DNA of 64,000 nucleotides from Nitrospirota bacterium (GCA_963701855.1 CAVPBK010000001.1:128001-192000); one strand, 5' to 3'; counted from the first letter of the stretch, positions 1 to 10,340 are shown. Program-made: numbers and translations. Notes: generated by a model not told the origin, from the sequence alone.

Positions 1-385
1 CGCCGACGATCATCTCTCGTGCATATTCTTCCAACAGAACGGACTTTCCCTCGGAGATTTTTAGAAGTTCGTAATAGGAGGCGGCGGCGGCCTTCTCGTG
101 CTCCAAGCTTTCCTGCAGGATATCTCCCACATCATGCTTCTCGGTTTCCAAGAGTGTCCCGATTTTCAGTGACGGGTGGCCGCCGAGTAAGGTGACCAGT
201 TCCCCTGCTTTATACGCATGGGCAAGGCTTTCGTCAGCATTACTCTTCAGCCAAGACACGATAGGAATGCGGTTATAGCCATAGATCATAAGGGAGTAAT
301 GCGTATAGCGTACGACTCCCGCCAACTCATGCTCCATTATTTTATTGAGAATACTAACTGCGCGTTTCGTGTCTTGATCGTTCAT
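1..385 (-). CDS. Bacterioferritin-like / ferritin-superfamily protein (3' end beyond window)
   Basis: Absent from the ORF track. Manual translation from ATG at 385 (AGGAGG upstream) gives MNDQDTKRAVSILNKIMEHELAGVVRYTHYS...NADESLAHA...LEHEKAAAASY, with di-iron E/ExxH ligands. Confidence 0.88.
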   Translation of the reverse strand, partial: MNDQDTKRAVSILNKIMEHELAGVVRYTHYSLMIYGYNRIPIVSWLKSNADESLAHAYKAGELVTLLGGHPSLKIGTLLETEKHDVGDILQESLEHEKAAAASYYELLKISEGKSVLLEEYAREMIVG

Positions 386-741
386 CTGATGCCTCCTGTT
401 AGCAACACTATCCCGACTGAAGAAGCTGCGAATGGCATAGCGCCTGGCACGTCTGCTACATCTGGCCTTTGCAGCCCGGCACACCACTGTCAGCGATTCG
501 TTGGGAGACAAGTCTACTGGAAAGCCCAATGCGTATCTACCTCGTTCTGTTCTTGGTAGTACCCAAGGCATTGGTTACGACCGAGCGGCTGTCCAGCTCC
601 CATGCAGATCATACGAACGTGTAATGGAATAGCTCTTGTCATTATTTCGTCTCTCCCCTATAGAGAATAGGCAGAGTTGCAAGTTAAACAATCGCCGGCT
701 TCCGTAACGCCCCCTCACGCGGTTGCATAGGAGTGTCTGCT

Positions 742-1046
742 ATGAAAATGCTACTGATCGTCTTCGTCAGTCGATGGTAGAGCACATCCATGCCCTGCTG
801 AAAGAATATGAAGTCAACGCGTTTACTGAACTGCACAAAGTAGCCGGAAGAGGGGAGACCGGACCCACCGTTCAGTTCTTACTGTCACCCGGTGCCAACT
901 GTATGATTCTCACCGCGGTATCGGAACCGCTTGCCTACCGCCTCATCGATGGGTTCACGCGTTTGAAAGCGGAACAGGGAATGTCTCAGCATGACAATAT
1001 CTTCCCACTTCACGTATTCGTCCTCCCCTGTGAGCAAGTAGTCTAG
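742..1046 (+). pseudogene. PII-like (PG0541-type) small protein, apparent 1-bp deletion near 765
   Basis: AGGAG then ATG at 742 (MKMLLIVF). Adding one C (ttc cgt) joins it to RQSMVEHIHALLKEYEVNAFTELHKVAGRGETG...VFVLPCEQVV, a PII-fold pattern. Confidence 0.65.
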
Positions 1047-1234
1047 CCCGCATGATTCATGAGCGTTTTTGCTGCAATCGCCGATCCGCTGCTACGACGA
1101 GCCTGCGGCCTGCGGGCTCGCCCCTCAGATCGTCACTGTACTGCACGAGTACGCATTGGATCCTTGCGGCTCCGCGCGCCGGTCTCGCGACGTGGCTCAA
1201 CGATTTCGCGACGAACCGTCATGAATAATGCGGG
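1047..1234. mobile_element. MITE family A, copy 1
   Basis: Terminal inverted repeats CCCGCATGATTCATGA...TCATGAATAATGCGGG, flanked by CTAG on both sides. Confidence 0.8.
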
Positions 1235-1309
1235 CTAGCCACGGGCAGTCGTGTCCGCCGCCGTTCTGTATTGCCAGCACACAACAAGGTGAACAAGACG
1301 ACCATCCCG

Positions 1310-1449
1310 CGCGCGGATGAGGGCCAGATCTGCTAGATCTCTGCCACCTGCTGATTGGCCATCATGCGCTCCCGGAGAGTCCCATTCACATTGCGCCCGG
1401 CAGAAAAGCTTACGTCTGCAACGCCTAAGACGACATGAAATCTCTTCAT
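1310..1449 (-). pseudogene. Remnant of a glyoxalase/CadI-like gene
   Basis: MKRFHVVLGVADV start typical of VOC/CadI proteins, joined to a short C-terminal-like piece with an in-frame stop (QQVAEI*QIWP). Confidence 0.4.
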
Positions 1450-1617
1450 GGCTCTCCCCCTCAAGCACACGCACGGACAAGGCCGTCAAAAAGCAGCAAG
1501 TCCTTGTTTTTTGCATATTTCCGTCTCTACCTCGGAGCCATCAAGATCCGTACCATCTGCTAAGCTTGTCTTAGTAAAGGTGACAAAACCTTGGCGCAAG
1601 CAAGAAGAGGAATTGCG

Positions 1618-2241
1618 ATGTGGCTTCGCTTTAGTTCCGGGCTCTTGATGATGGCGCTGCTATGGGGATGTGCGATGGTGAATGGCACACCACCGCCTAT
1701 TACTGCGCCAGTATTTCAAGCCGATGCGACCGACACAGCAATCTTGCAAACCATACATAGAGAGCAAGAAGCGTTGCTGAACACCTGCACACAAGACCGA
1801 TCCTGCGATCAGGTGCATTTTACACGTGCAATGATCGCGTTATTCCAGAATGGAGATGCCGCAACGGCGTCTTTTCAACAGGCGATTGCCGTTGCGCCGG
1901 AAGGTCCTTTCGCGGATTCAAGTGCGCGCTGGATTCGGTTTCTTGCCAACCGGGCTTCCCATCCCGACTCCATCGACAAGCCCAACGGGGCGTTAGCGGT
2001 GATGAAAGAGCTGGTACGCGCATGGCTGGAACAACAGCATGTGGCAAATGCGTCTGTCACATTGCGGGCTAGGGAAACAGCCGGAAACGCGGACCTATCA
2101 GTACACAGTCTTCAGCGGCGGATTCGTAGTCGCGATAAGAAGATTGCGGAATTGACGGATCAGCTCAGCGCCCTGAAGCAGATCGATTCGGACACACATA
2201 GGAACAGCAAGCTGAGTTTGTCGAGGACGCTATCCAAATAA
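1618..2241 (+). CDS. Hypothetical lipoprotein with TPR-like helix pair and C-terminal coiled coil
   Basis: GAGG RBS; lipobox LWGC; coiled coil RDKKIAELTDQLSALKQID. Confidence 0.7.
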   Translation: MWLRFSSGLLMMALLWGCAMVNGTPPPITAPVFQADATDTAILQTIHREQEALLNTCTQDRSCDQVHFTRAMIALFQNGDAATASFQQAIAVAPEGPFADSSARWIRFLANRASHPDSIDKPNGALAVMKELVRAWLEQQHVANASVTLRARETAGNADLSVHSLQRRIRSRDKKIAELTDQLSALKQIDSDTHRNSKLSLSRTLSK

Positions 2242-2255
2242 TCACTGTCAGCCCC

Positions 2256-3440
2256 TCACTCCTCGAGGCTTGGACGAAGAAGGAAGGGTGCATAGACCAT
2301 GGCAAACAACAGATAGGCCCCACTCCAGCTACCTGCCGCTGCACCCAATACAAGACTGGTCGGGAGATCCGTCATCGGACCGAATACCCTCACTACAGCA
2401 CCCAGGTTGACCAGCATATAGATGAGGACCGTCAGAAGACCCGCGTGCCGGGGACGCCCCGTATGGCCCAGACTGGCACGGGTCATCACTGCCAGAGTCA
2501 TCGCACCCACCGCGCCGCTGGTAAACGCGTGCACCGCATCCTCTTTCGGCAGACCAATCCCGAGGGTCGAGCCACCTAGTATTAGCAGCGACAATGCAAA
2601 CCAGCCATATCCAACGTGCAGGATCAGTACCAACGGCTCACGCCATGTGAGCCAGCCGTACCAGCGTACCAGACGGCCCAGATTGGCCAACCCGGCCGCC
2701 ACGAACATCCACCCAGTTGCCATAGAGTGCGGTTGAACAATCCAGGATAGGACTGCGAATCCCACGAGCGCGATCGACAGGCCATCGTAACGGGAAAATG
2801 GTGCAGGCCGTTCCGCCCTGCCGGATTCAACCAGTAATTCGTCGGTAAAGTTGGGAGTCAGGCGCCCGCCGATCAGTGTCAGCAGCAGCATGACCATCGC
2901 GAGCGCCATGCGCTCGGGACGATCCGTCTCCACCCCGCTCAGGTTGAGCACATGGAACAGGATGTTGGCGCCGGCCAGCAGACTCACCAGCGCCCCCATC
3001 GGCGTACGATCCCAGCTTTTCGACGCGGCAATTTCTCGCCAGACCAGCCCCGCCACCGCGACAAGAAACCCCACATCGACAACTGCGGACACGAGGGGCG
3101 AGAACCATGGCATGGCAATCAGCAGACGTCCGGCCAGCCACAGGGTAACGAGCAGCATCAACTCATGCCCTCGAATCGGCGGACGATCGGTCCAGTTGGG
3201 AATGGCCGTGAGCATAAACCCTGTGATCACTGCGGGGAGAAAGCCGAAGACCATCTCATGCACATGCCAATTCCGAGCGGGAGAGAGTATGTCCGAGCCG
3301 CCGACCCCAGCAAGGACCAGAATCCAGACAGGGATCGCCACACCGGCAAACAGCGCAGCACCAAGAAAAAATGGTCTGAACCCATACGAAAAGATCGCAG
3401 GCCCCTGATAGCTAGAACTCTCGCTCGCCTGATCAATCAT
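2256..3440 (-). CDS. nnrS: NnrS family membrane protein (NO stress)
   Basis: GFRPFFL, WHVHEMVFGF, GFMLTAIPNWT, LHVGYGW, MTRASLGHTGR motifs; start taken at MIDQ (3440). Confidence 0.93.
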   Translation of the reverse strand: MIDQASESSSYQGPAIFSYGFRPFFLGAALFAGVAIPVWILVLAGVGGSDILSPARNWHVHEMVFGFLPAVITGFMLTAIPNWTDRPPIRGHELMLLVTLWLAGRLLIAMPWFSPLVSAVVDVGFLVAVAGLVWREIAASKSWDRTPMGALVSLLAGANILFHVLNLSGVETDRPERMALAMVMLLLTLIGGRLTPNFTDELLVESGRAERPAPFSRYDGLSIALVGFAVLSWIVQPHSMATGWMFVAAGLANLGRLVRWYGWLTWREPLVLILHVGYGWFALSLLILGGSTLGIGLPKEDAVHAFTSGAVGAMTLAVMTRASLGHTGRPRHAGLLTVLIYMLVNLGAVVRVFGPMTDLPTSLVLGAAAGSWSGAYLLFAMVYAPFLLRPSLEE

Positions 3441-3785
3441 AGATAGATACTCAATACTCAACCTGTGCGAAAGGTGACAATGACCGATGTGTCCTGTCTC
3501 AACAAAGCGGCGCTTAATCTCGGAGGCGATGCCGAACGCGTCAGAGGACTCACCAGAGGAAATTCGAGCCAAGCTACGTGCTGCTAGCGACGCTGTCAAC
3601 AGATGGTTGGTCATACACTGTATGCTGACCGACCGAGCAGCCAATCCGCCTGACCTTCGGTCTCTAAACTCCACCCTCTCTCCATCATCACCCTATTCCT
3701 GTTCATGTATTATAATGGGGTGTCTCTTCCCTCGGCTCTACGCATCTGACATAGCCGCACTATATATTCAGAGAGGAGGAACAGT

Positions 3786-5291
3786 ATGAGCACGGCAACG
3801 GTGGAAACTCCGATTCACCAAAACGTATTAAGCTTTGTCGGCACGCCCCGGAAGATGCTGATCGGCGGCAAGTGGCTCGACGCCGCGTCGGGAAAAACCT
3901 TCCCGACCTATAACCCGGCCACAGGCGAAGTCCTGGCCCAGGTGGCCGAAGGCAACAATATCGACGTTGACAGGGCGGTCACCGCTGCACGGAAAGCCTT
4001 CGAGAGCGGCCCGTGGCGCATGCTCACAGCCTCGGAGCGCGGACAGCTGATTTGGAAGCTCGCCGATCTTCTCGATTCTCACCTGGAAGAATTCGCCCAA
4101 CTGGAGTCGCTCGACAACGGAAAGCCGGTCGGCGTCGCCCGCGCGGCAGATGCGCCGCTAGCTGTAGACCACTTTCGATACATGGCTGGTTGGGCGACTA
4201 AAATCGAAGGCAATACGATCCCCATTTCGGTACCCTACACACCCGGTGCCCAGTATCTCGCCTACACGCTGCGCGAGCCGGTCGGCGTGGTAGCCCAGAT
4301 CATCCCCTGGAACTTTCCGCTGCTCATGGCGGCTTGGAAACTAGGCCCAGCGTTGGCCGCTGGCTGCACCATCGTCCTAAAACCGGCCGAGCAAACACCG
4401 CTGTCCGCCCTGCGACTCGGCGAGCTGATCTGTGAAGCGGGGTTCCCGGACGGAGTGGTCAACATCGTGCCAGGGTACGGGGAGACCGCTGGCGCGGCTC
4501 TGGCAGCGCACCCGGACGTGGATAAGGTGGCCTTCACTGGCTCCACCGAAGTGGGAAAACTCATCCTGAGGGCGGCGGCAGGGAATCTCAAGAAGGTGTC
4601 GCTGGAACTCGGAGGGAAATCCCCCAACATCGTGTGTAGCGACGCCGATGTGGAGGCGAGTGTTCCCGGGGTTGCGAGCGCGATCTTTTTCAACCAAGGC
4701 CAGTGCTGTTGCGCAGGCTCACGGCTCTTCGTCGAGAAGGGTATCTTCGACAAGGTGGTGGCGGGCGTGGTTGAGGACGCAAAGAAGATCAAGGTCGGAC
4801 CGGGCATGGATCTCGCCACCCAAATGGGCCCACTGGTGTCGGACGAGCAGCAACGGCGTGTGCTCGGCTATCTGGAGTCGGGCTTCTCCGAGGGCGCCAA
4901 AGCGGTAGTTGGCGGACGCAAGCTGGGCAACAAGGGCTATTTTGTGGAACCAACCGTGCTGGTCGATACCACGCAGAAGATGAAGATCATGCAGGAGGAA
5001 ATATTCGGGCCGGTTGTATGCGCAATGCCGTTTACGGACTTGAGCGAAGTGCTCCGGGCGGCGAACGATTCCATCTACGGCCTGGCGGCAGCGGTGTGGA
5101 CCCGCGATGTCGGCAAGGCCCATCGCATCGCGGCCGAACTGCGCGCAGGATCAGTGTGGATCAACTGCTACAACATCTTCGACGCTGCGCTGCCCTTCGG
5201 CGGCTACAAGCAATCAGGGTGGGGCCGCGAAATGGGCCACAATGCGCTTGAACTCTATACGGAGGTAAAAGCCGTCACCGTGCGGCTGTGA
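3786..5291 (+). CDS. NAD-dependent aldehyde dehydrogenase
   Basis: [23 protein letters not shown], catalytic Cys in [26 protein letters not shown]. Confidence 0.97.
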   Translation: MSTATVETPIHQNVLSFVGTPRKMLIGGKWLDAASGKTFPTYNPATGEVLAQVAEGNNIDVDRAVTAARKAFESGPWRMLTASERGQLIWKLADLLDSHLEEFAQLESLDNGKPVGVARAADAPLAVDHFRYMAGWATKIEGNTIPISVPYTPGAQYLAYTLREPVGVVAQIIPWNFPLLMAAWKLGPALAAGCTIVLKPAEQTPLSALRLGELICEAGFPDGVVNIVPGYGETAGAALAAHPDVDKVAFTGSTEVGKLILRAAAGNLKKVSLELGGKSPNIVCSDADVEASVPGVASAIFFNQGQCCCAGSRLFVEKGIFDKVVAGVVEDAKKIKVGPGMDLATQMGPLVSDEQQRRVLGYLESGFSEGAKAVVGGRKLGNKGYFVEPTVLVDTTQKMKIMQEEIFGPVVCAMPFTDLSEVLRAANDSIYGLAAAVWTRDVGKAHRIAAELRAGSVWINCYNIFDAALPFGGYKQSGWGREMGHNALELYTEVKAVTVRL

Positions 5292-5461
5292 ACGATCACT
5301 GGGTACGAAAGGGTCGGCGAAAAGAGTACAGGCTAGTGTGCATGCACAGGCTCAGAAATATTGGACGGCAAGACCCGAAGCCCTATCTGCTATATTTACT
5401 GGAAAATCGCTGAGAGCTATAGTTGTGGATTTGCTGGATGAGATGCTGAGACAAGTACTAA

Positions 5462-5544
5462 CCTGCATTATTCATGAAGCTTCTGCTGCAAGCGTGAATA
5501 CGCGGCTGCACACTTTCGCGGCCAACCTTCATGAATAATGCAGG
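5462..5544. mobile_element. MITE family A, short copy
   Basis: Perfect 18-bp TIR CCTGCATTATTCATGAAG; CTAA on both flanks. Confidence 0.75.
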
Positions 5545-5679
5545 CTAAGTTCATTGTGGGTTGCCGAGTTGGCATAACGCGATTTCTGAAGAGTCGCTTC
5601 CCCATTGTAGGGAAAAGCTCCCGCGTTATATGCTGCCGGAGAAGATAGCTGATCCAACGTTATGTCGGCGTGAAAAGCT

Positions 5680-6759
5680 ATGAGCCCCCACCTTCGCACG
5701 GAAGCGGTCTCTCAGGTACCCGCGCTGCGTATTTTAGTCCTTTCAGAGATTGACGACTGGGATCTTGGCCTGCAGTTGAAAGCGAGCGGGCATACTATTG
5801 TCGCCTGGGCTCGCCCTAGGTGGAAGCGAAGCCCAAAGGGTGACGGCCTTGGTTATACGATCAGGACCATCCTCAGAGCTATGTTGTGCCGATCCAAACC
5901 GATACGGACGATTCGACCCCGGTTTGATGCCTGGAGATGGCTCGATAAGGAAAAGATCCCGCGCATTGCCTCCCCCAAGGTAAACTCTCCAAACTTTAAT
6001 GAATATGTGAAGGGCTTGAACATTGACCTTATTGTGGTCTATTTCTTCTCTCAGATTTTAAAGGGGGATATTTTCAAAACTCCCCGGTTGGGAATCTTAA
6101 ATTGTCACCCCTCACTGCTCCCTCGTTACGGAGGACCACATCCGGCATTTTGGATGATCAAGAATGGGGAGTCGGTGGCAGGGGTCACCGTTCATGTGAT
6201 GACGGAAAAAATTGATGCAGGGGATATTGTCGCCCAACAAGAACTGGTTATCGGAGAGAGCGAGAATAATGGGCAATTGACGCAGCGACAACACCATGCA
6301 GCTGCTGCGCTCCTGACGGAATCCGTCAATGCCATGGCTCAAGGAAGAATCGACCCCAAGCCACAAAATATCGCGGAACGCAGCTATTTTGGAAAGTTTA
6401 AGGCGGCCGACACCATTCTTGATTGGAGCGGGTCTGCAAAACAAATTGCCGATCTATGGCGCGCGCTACAACCCTATGAACCTCTCGCAGCCCGTCTCAA
6501 TGGGACAACCATCAAGATTTACGACGCGCAACCTCACGAGGGACCTCCGTCAGGGAGAGCTCCCGGAGAAATCATGTCAAAGCGATCGGGGAGACTCCTC
6601 GTACAAACCGGCAACGGGTATTTCGAGATACGGTCCTATGAAATCGTACCGTTTCACGGTTGGATCAATCGTATTTTACAAGAGTTCCTGCTACCTGTCG
6701 GTGGCCGTTTTGATCTTGCTTCGTCACCAATGGGGCTAAACTCTAAAGCCGTCTCATGA
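5680..6759 (+). CDS. Fmt-like formyltransferase (N- and C-terminal domains)
   Basis: NCHPSLLPRYGGPHP and GVTVHVMTEKIDAGDI motifs. Confidence 0.88.
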   Translation: MSPHLRTEAVSQVPALRILVLSEIDDWDLGLQLKASGHTIVAWARPRWKRSPKGDGLGYTIRTILRAMLCRSKPIRTIRPRFDAWRWLDKEKIPRIASPKVNSPNFNEYVKGLNIDLIVVYFFSQILKGDIFKTPRLGILNCHPSLLPRYGGPHPAFWMIKNGESVAGVTVHVMTEKIDAGDIVAQQELVIGESENNGQLTQRQHHAAAALLTESVNAMAQGRIDPKPQNIAERSYFGKFKAADTILDWSGSAKQIADLWRALQPYEPLAARLNGTTIKIYDAQPHEGPPSGRAPGEIMSKRSGRLLVQTGNGYFEIRSYEIVPFHGWINRILQEFLLPVGGRFDLASSPMGLNSKAVS

Positions 6760-7160
6760 ACAGTGCGTGCAAACCTGACGGACTCATTTATCCCCATCGT
6801 CGCGTCTCTGCGCAAAGTCTCACTTCTGCTCAGCGCATGACACTGACAGTAATTGCTTCATCCGTCTGCTTGGTGTTCAGCTCGTTGCTGGTCAACGCTG
6901 CCGAACCGCTCACGTCCCTCGATAGAAAGTCATTCAAAACAATCCCGTTCGATCCGGCGCCCTCAGAGGCACAACGGCGTGAACTCGATCGTGTGGTTGG
7001 TCTTTGCATGAAGACAGTTGAAACAGAAGTGCCGGGTGGCCATTTCGAAGCCTATGCGGACGGCGGCATCGTCAATAGTGTCGGCATAGATAGAGAGAGA
7101 TTTAAGTTTTGGAAGTGTATGTTGGAGAACGGACACCCGCTTGCTCCCATCAACAAATAA
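6756..7160 (+). CDS. Hypothetical exported protein
   Basis: ATGA overlap with the upstream gene; hydrophobic signal-like segment. Confidence 0.55.
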   Translation: MNSACKPDGLIYPHRRVSAQSLTSAQRMTLTVIASSVCLVFSSLLVNAAEPLTSLDRKSFKTIPFDPAPSEAQRRELDRVVGLCMKTVETEVPGGHFEAYADGGIVNSVGIDRERFKFWKCMLENGHPLAPINK

Positions 7161-7185
7161 GGCAACGAGCGGTTGAGCGCGGCCC

Positions 7186-7608
7186 ATGAACAACGACCGC
7201 TCCAGGCATGAAATTATGACCATCACGGTTCTCTTTGAACGTAGGAAGCAAAAGGTTTTGATTGTCCTTCTTTTGGCAATCACGATGAATATGATACCGG
7301 CGATATCGGTGTTGCGCGCTGAAGATACTTCACGTATCCCGATGCAATTGACGCAGATGAGTCAGCCGCCACGGAAAGGGCCGTTCCTTGAAGGCTCGCA
7401 AATTGTGCGCCCTTCGCTAAAGGAGCGAGAGGCCATCCACCAATTGCTTGCTCTCAAACCGGGCCCAAAGACTCTGAAAGATGCTGATATGAAATACTTG
7501 CAGAATCTGCGGGACAAGGGAACATGGTATGGTTACGAGCAACGAATGGTGCATGAAATATGGGCAGACGTGAACGGCAAGGAGTGGCGTGAGACTGAGG
7601 GGCCCTAG
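7186..7608 (+). CDS. Hypothetical exported protein
   Basis: Co-oriented ORF with signal-like segment; its stop TAG lies in the CTAG flanking a MITE. Confidence 0.55.
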   Translation: MNNDRSRHEIMTITVLFERRKQKVLIVLLLAITMNMIPAISVLRAEDTSRIPMQLTQMSQPPRKGPFLEGSQIVRPSLKEREAIHQLLALKPGPKTLKDADMKYLQNLRDKGTWYGYEQRMVHEIWADVNGKEWRETEGP

Positions 7609-7770
7609 CAGGATGCTCAAAAAGTCCGCCGGCATACGAAGATCGTTATTTGGTCTGTCTCGATTATTTGGCTTATTTTGTTTCTCTGGGTTAAGCAACA
7701 AAACAAACCAGATAGACCAGAGGAACCAGACAAACGGCGGACGAAGAAGACGGCCTTTTTGAGCATCCTG
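7609..7770. mobile_element. MITE family B
   Basis: TIR CAGGATGCTCAAAAAG...CTTTTTGAGCATCCTG after CTAG; internal degenerate 9-bp AAACCAGAN repeats. Confidence 0.75.
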
Positions 7771-7793
7771 CGCAGTTGGCCATGCGAGAAGAA

Positions 7794-7866
7794 AGTTGAG
7801 GTTCAGGCTAAGGTGGAGGCTAAGATGAGAACATCTGATTTTCACTCAACCTTGACCTCAACTTGC
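7794..7866. repeat. Hexamer-tandem palindromic repeat (GGTTGA/GGCTAA units)
   Basis: gttgaggttcaggctaaggtggaggctaag...ctcaaccttgacctcaac; related to 30131-30206. Confidence 0.55.
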
Positions 7867-7919
7867 ATACTCGCTGCGGCCACTAGAAGCCAATATTGGG
7901 ACAAAGTGGAGTCATTCGA

Positions 7920-8186
7920 ATGAAATGGATCGTCTACATCCTGGAGTGTTCGGACAACAGCCTATACACCGGCATCACCAATGATCTGGAGCGGCGACTG
8001 GAAGAGCACAGGACAGGCCGAGGTGCAAAGTACACGAAACACCGAAGTCCATTGAGGGTACGGTATGCCGAATATCGACGCACCAAAAGCGCGGCACTCA
8101 CACGTGAAGCCGCGATCAAATCCCTAGCCCGGCCAGAAAAACTGGCCCTCATCGCCGCACAGCCCACAACCAAACTCCACAGCTAA
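7920..8186 (+). CDS. GIY-YIG nuclease family protein (UPF0213)
   Basis: VYILECSDNSLYTGITNDLERRLEEH...GAKYT...ALTREAAIK. Confidence 0.93.
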   Translation: MKWIVYILECSDNSLYTGITNDLERRLEEHRTGRGAKYTKHRSPLRVRYAEYRRTKSAALTREAAIKSLARPEKLALIAAQPTTKLHS

Positions 8187-8559
8187 CCCTTCCATTTTCT
8201 CTACAGCGTGGGCAGCAAGATGCAAAACCATTGCTCTCGCACCACCAATCAGGTCAGAGCTGAACAACGATGAGTAATGGCGGGACATACATGAAACTTC
8301 CCGCGCAGACGAGCCGATCAGAAAAGTGGAATGTACCGATTTTCCGGCTCCTGCGCTGCAGGAAGATGAGTCGGTCGAGCGCTGAAACCGTACTATTCCC
8401 GCTGTTCACTTTACCATCGCCACCCGATACAATCACTATCGATGTGGTCCCTCGTCTGCTACAACGCCACCCATTTTCATGGTTACATTGCCGGATCGGG
8501 TGATCAGAAACAAGAACCGCTGCGAGTGGGCTTTCTTAACTGCCTGCTAGGAGGATGAC

Positions 8560-8949
8560 ATGTTCGGCCCAATCACGCTCCCCTTCGGAGCCAAAATGCT
8601 GTTCAATACCGTTATGCTCAAGCCCGGAGTCACGTTCGAGGATGTTGAATTGGCCGTGGGTGAACTCTGCAGCGTCGTTAAAGGAGCCTATGGAGGTGAC
8701 AAAGGCGGATTCCTCGCTGGGCAAGTGTTCAAGTTCTCCGGCTTCGTATCAAACGAGGGCTCTCTCTCTGCATCCAGAACCGCCGACGACCATTATGTCA
8801 TTGTTACATATTGGCGCACTTTCGAAGAGCACGAACGATCCCATGCGGATGAAGTCTTCAACGACAAATTTACCGCGTTGGCGGCCATGTGTTCCGACAC
8901 CAAAGAACTAGGGTACGACATGCTTTGGCAAGGCGAAGCAGGAGGCTGA
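8560..8949 (+). CDS. Conserved hypothetical, dimeric alpha/beta-barrel (ABM-like)
   Basis: AGGAGG RBS; IVTYWRTFEEHERSH pattern. Confidence 0.7.
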   Translation: MFGPITLPFGAKMLFNTVMLKPGVTFEDVELAVGELCSVVKGAYGGDKGGFLAGQVFKFSGFVSNEGSLSASRTADDHYVIVTYWRTFEEHERSHADEVFNDKFTALAAMCSDTKELGYDMLWQGEAGG

Positions 8950-9581
8950 TTACGAAGGCGACCACCACCCCGAAGACTATATAAATGGGTGCATCATACG
9001 ATTCCCGCAACCTGGCTTTCTAGGCCAATCGAGGAACGGTTGACCGAGCCCCTCCATCGGCGTAGCATGCTCTCCTGACGTTCCAGTGACGGTGGCTGCT
9101 GAATCTTCCGCACGCTACTACTCGTCATCCCACGCGCCGGATCTCGCACAGCCCCCTTCACTCCTACGCCGGGCTTTTTCTCGTAGCGCATCGCCGCCAG
9201 GGTAGAAATCCTTTTGAACGAGGGTTCTCATGGTGACGGTCAGCCGCCCAATCCTCCATCCCTTCTTGGCACCGATCTTTACGCCAAGTATCTGCTCCGT
9301 GCTTGCACCGATTCCCGTTCAGGCCGCTGAAACCCCATCCTTTCTGCCGGCTACTGCGCCTACCGAACGTCTCACCTCGTCGATCACCTGGCTGGATAAC
9401 CTTGGGCACAGGCTGATGACGAACTTCACGCGGCAGCCTCACTGGCCGTTCTCTGGCAACGAATCATGCCGAACGAGGAGTCCAGTTTTGTATATCCCAG
9501 GTTGGAAACTACGCTATCAACCGAAGGAGCCCGCACCGAAAATTGCAGTGAACGTTCGAACATCAGGAGGAGGATCTGATC

Positions 9582-9821
9582 ATGATTTCTCATACACCCG
9601 TCACTGATCGCATTCTCGGAGCAGTCCAACGCACGCATGGGTGCGATCTGGATACGTTGACAAACAGTCTCTCTGACCTATCATGGGGCCAGGTCTTTCT
9701 TGAAGTCGATCGGCTAAGCCGGGAGGGTGAGGTCCTGGTGACGCTCGACACCGGAGGTCGCTACATGATCCGGATGCCGGAGCACAAGAAAGGGCGCGCG
9801 ACCCACTACGTCCGGTCCTGA
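9582..9821 (+). CDS. Small winged-helix-like protein (paralogue of 28993-29235)
   Basis: Strong RBS; CDLDTL...LSWGQVFLEVDRLSR shared with the paralogue. Confidence 0.7.
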   Translation: MISHTPVTDRILGAVQRTHGCDLDTLTNSLSDLSWGQVFLEVDRLSREGEVLVTLDTGGRYMIRMPEHKKGRATHYVRS

Positions 9822-9929
9822 TCAACGAAGGGGTCGGAGGGGATCGCGAGCGAGGAGGGACATCCTCACTGATCCTCAACTGGGCGATTATCCCTAACTT
9901 GACTTAAGGATACTGAGCAAGGCTTGACC

Positions 9930-10340
9930 TGGCGTTTCACTGCGCGCATCCAACGAAATCTTTTGATTCCACCTCTCTCTCCAGGGGAGTGGCCGAGGCT
10001 GCCCTTTACTGCGCGCATCGAGCGATATACATGTTCCCTCCAAGCTTGCTCGTTCTCTCTCTAGGGATGGGGGCTGATGGATCTTCCACTGCGCGCGTTC
10101 AACGAGGGCCTTCCGAGGCCGCGCGTTGCGCGAGCACAGAAGATCACCAGGCTCCATCCTCTCCTCTGTTCTGCGAGCAAGAAGGGCACCTGGCCGCGCC
10201 CTATCCTCTCCTCCCGGCTCTCCCCTTTCTCTCATCGGAGGGCGGCCTGTTTGGTCTCCCACTGCGCGCGTCCAACGAGGGCCTTCTCAGGCCGCGCGTT
10301 GCGCGAGCACAGGAGACCAACAGGCTGCCCTCCTTCCCCT
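9930..10340. repeat. Composite intergenic repeat family C
   Basis: Repeated CCACTGCGCGCG(T/C)CAACGAGGGCCTTC..AGGCCGCGCGTTGCGCGAGCACAG units; also near 12600-12990, 13870-14050 and 25489-25620. Confidence 0.8.

Noticed and set aside
218..559. 113-aa plus-strand ORF
   Set aside because: Antisense to the ferritin-like gene at 1-385.
3441..3674. N-terminal extensions given by the ORF track for nnrS (similarly sorA to 48993 and cyc2 to 22861)
   Set aside because: No family similarity in the extensions; downstream ATGs fit RBS or signal peptide positions better.
7920..8186. GIY-YIG as a homing endonuclease or intron
   Set aside because: It is the short standalone UPF0213 type with no interrupted host gene.
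9930..10340. Possible CRISPR array
   Set aside because: Units are long, degenerate and irregularly spaced, without unique constant-length spacers; no cas genes present.
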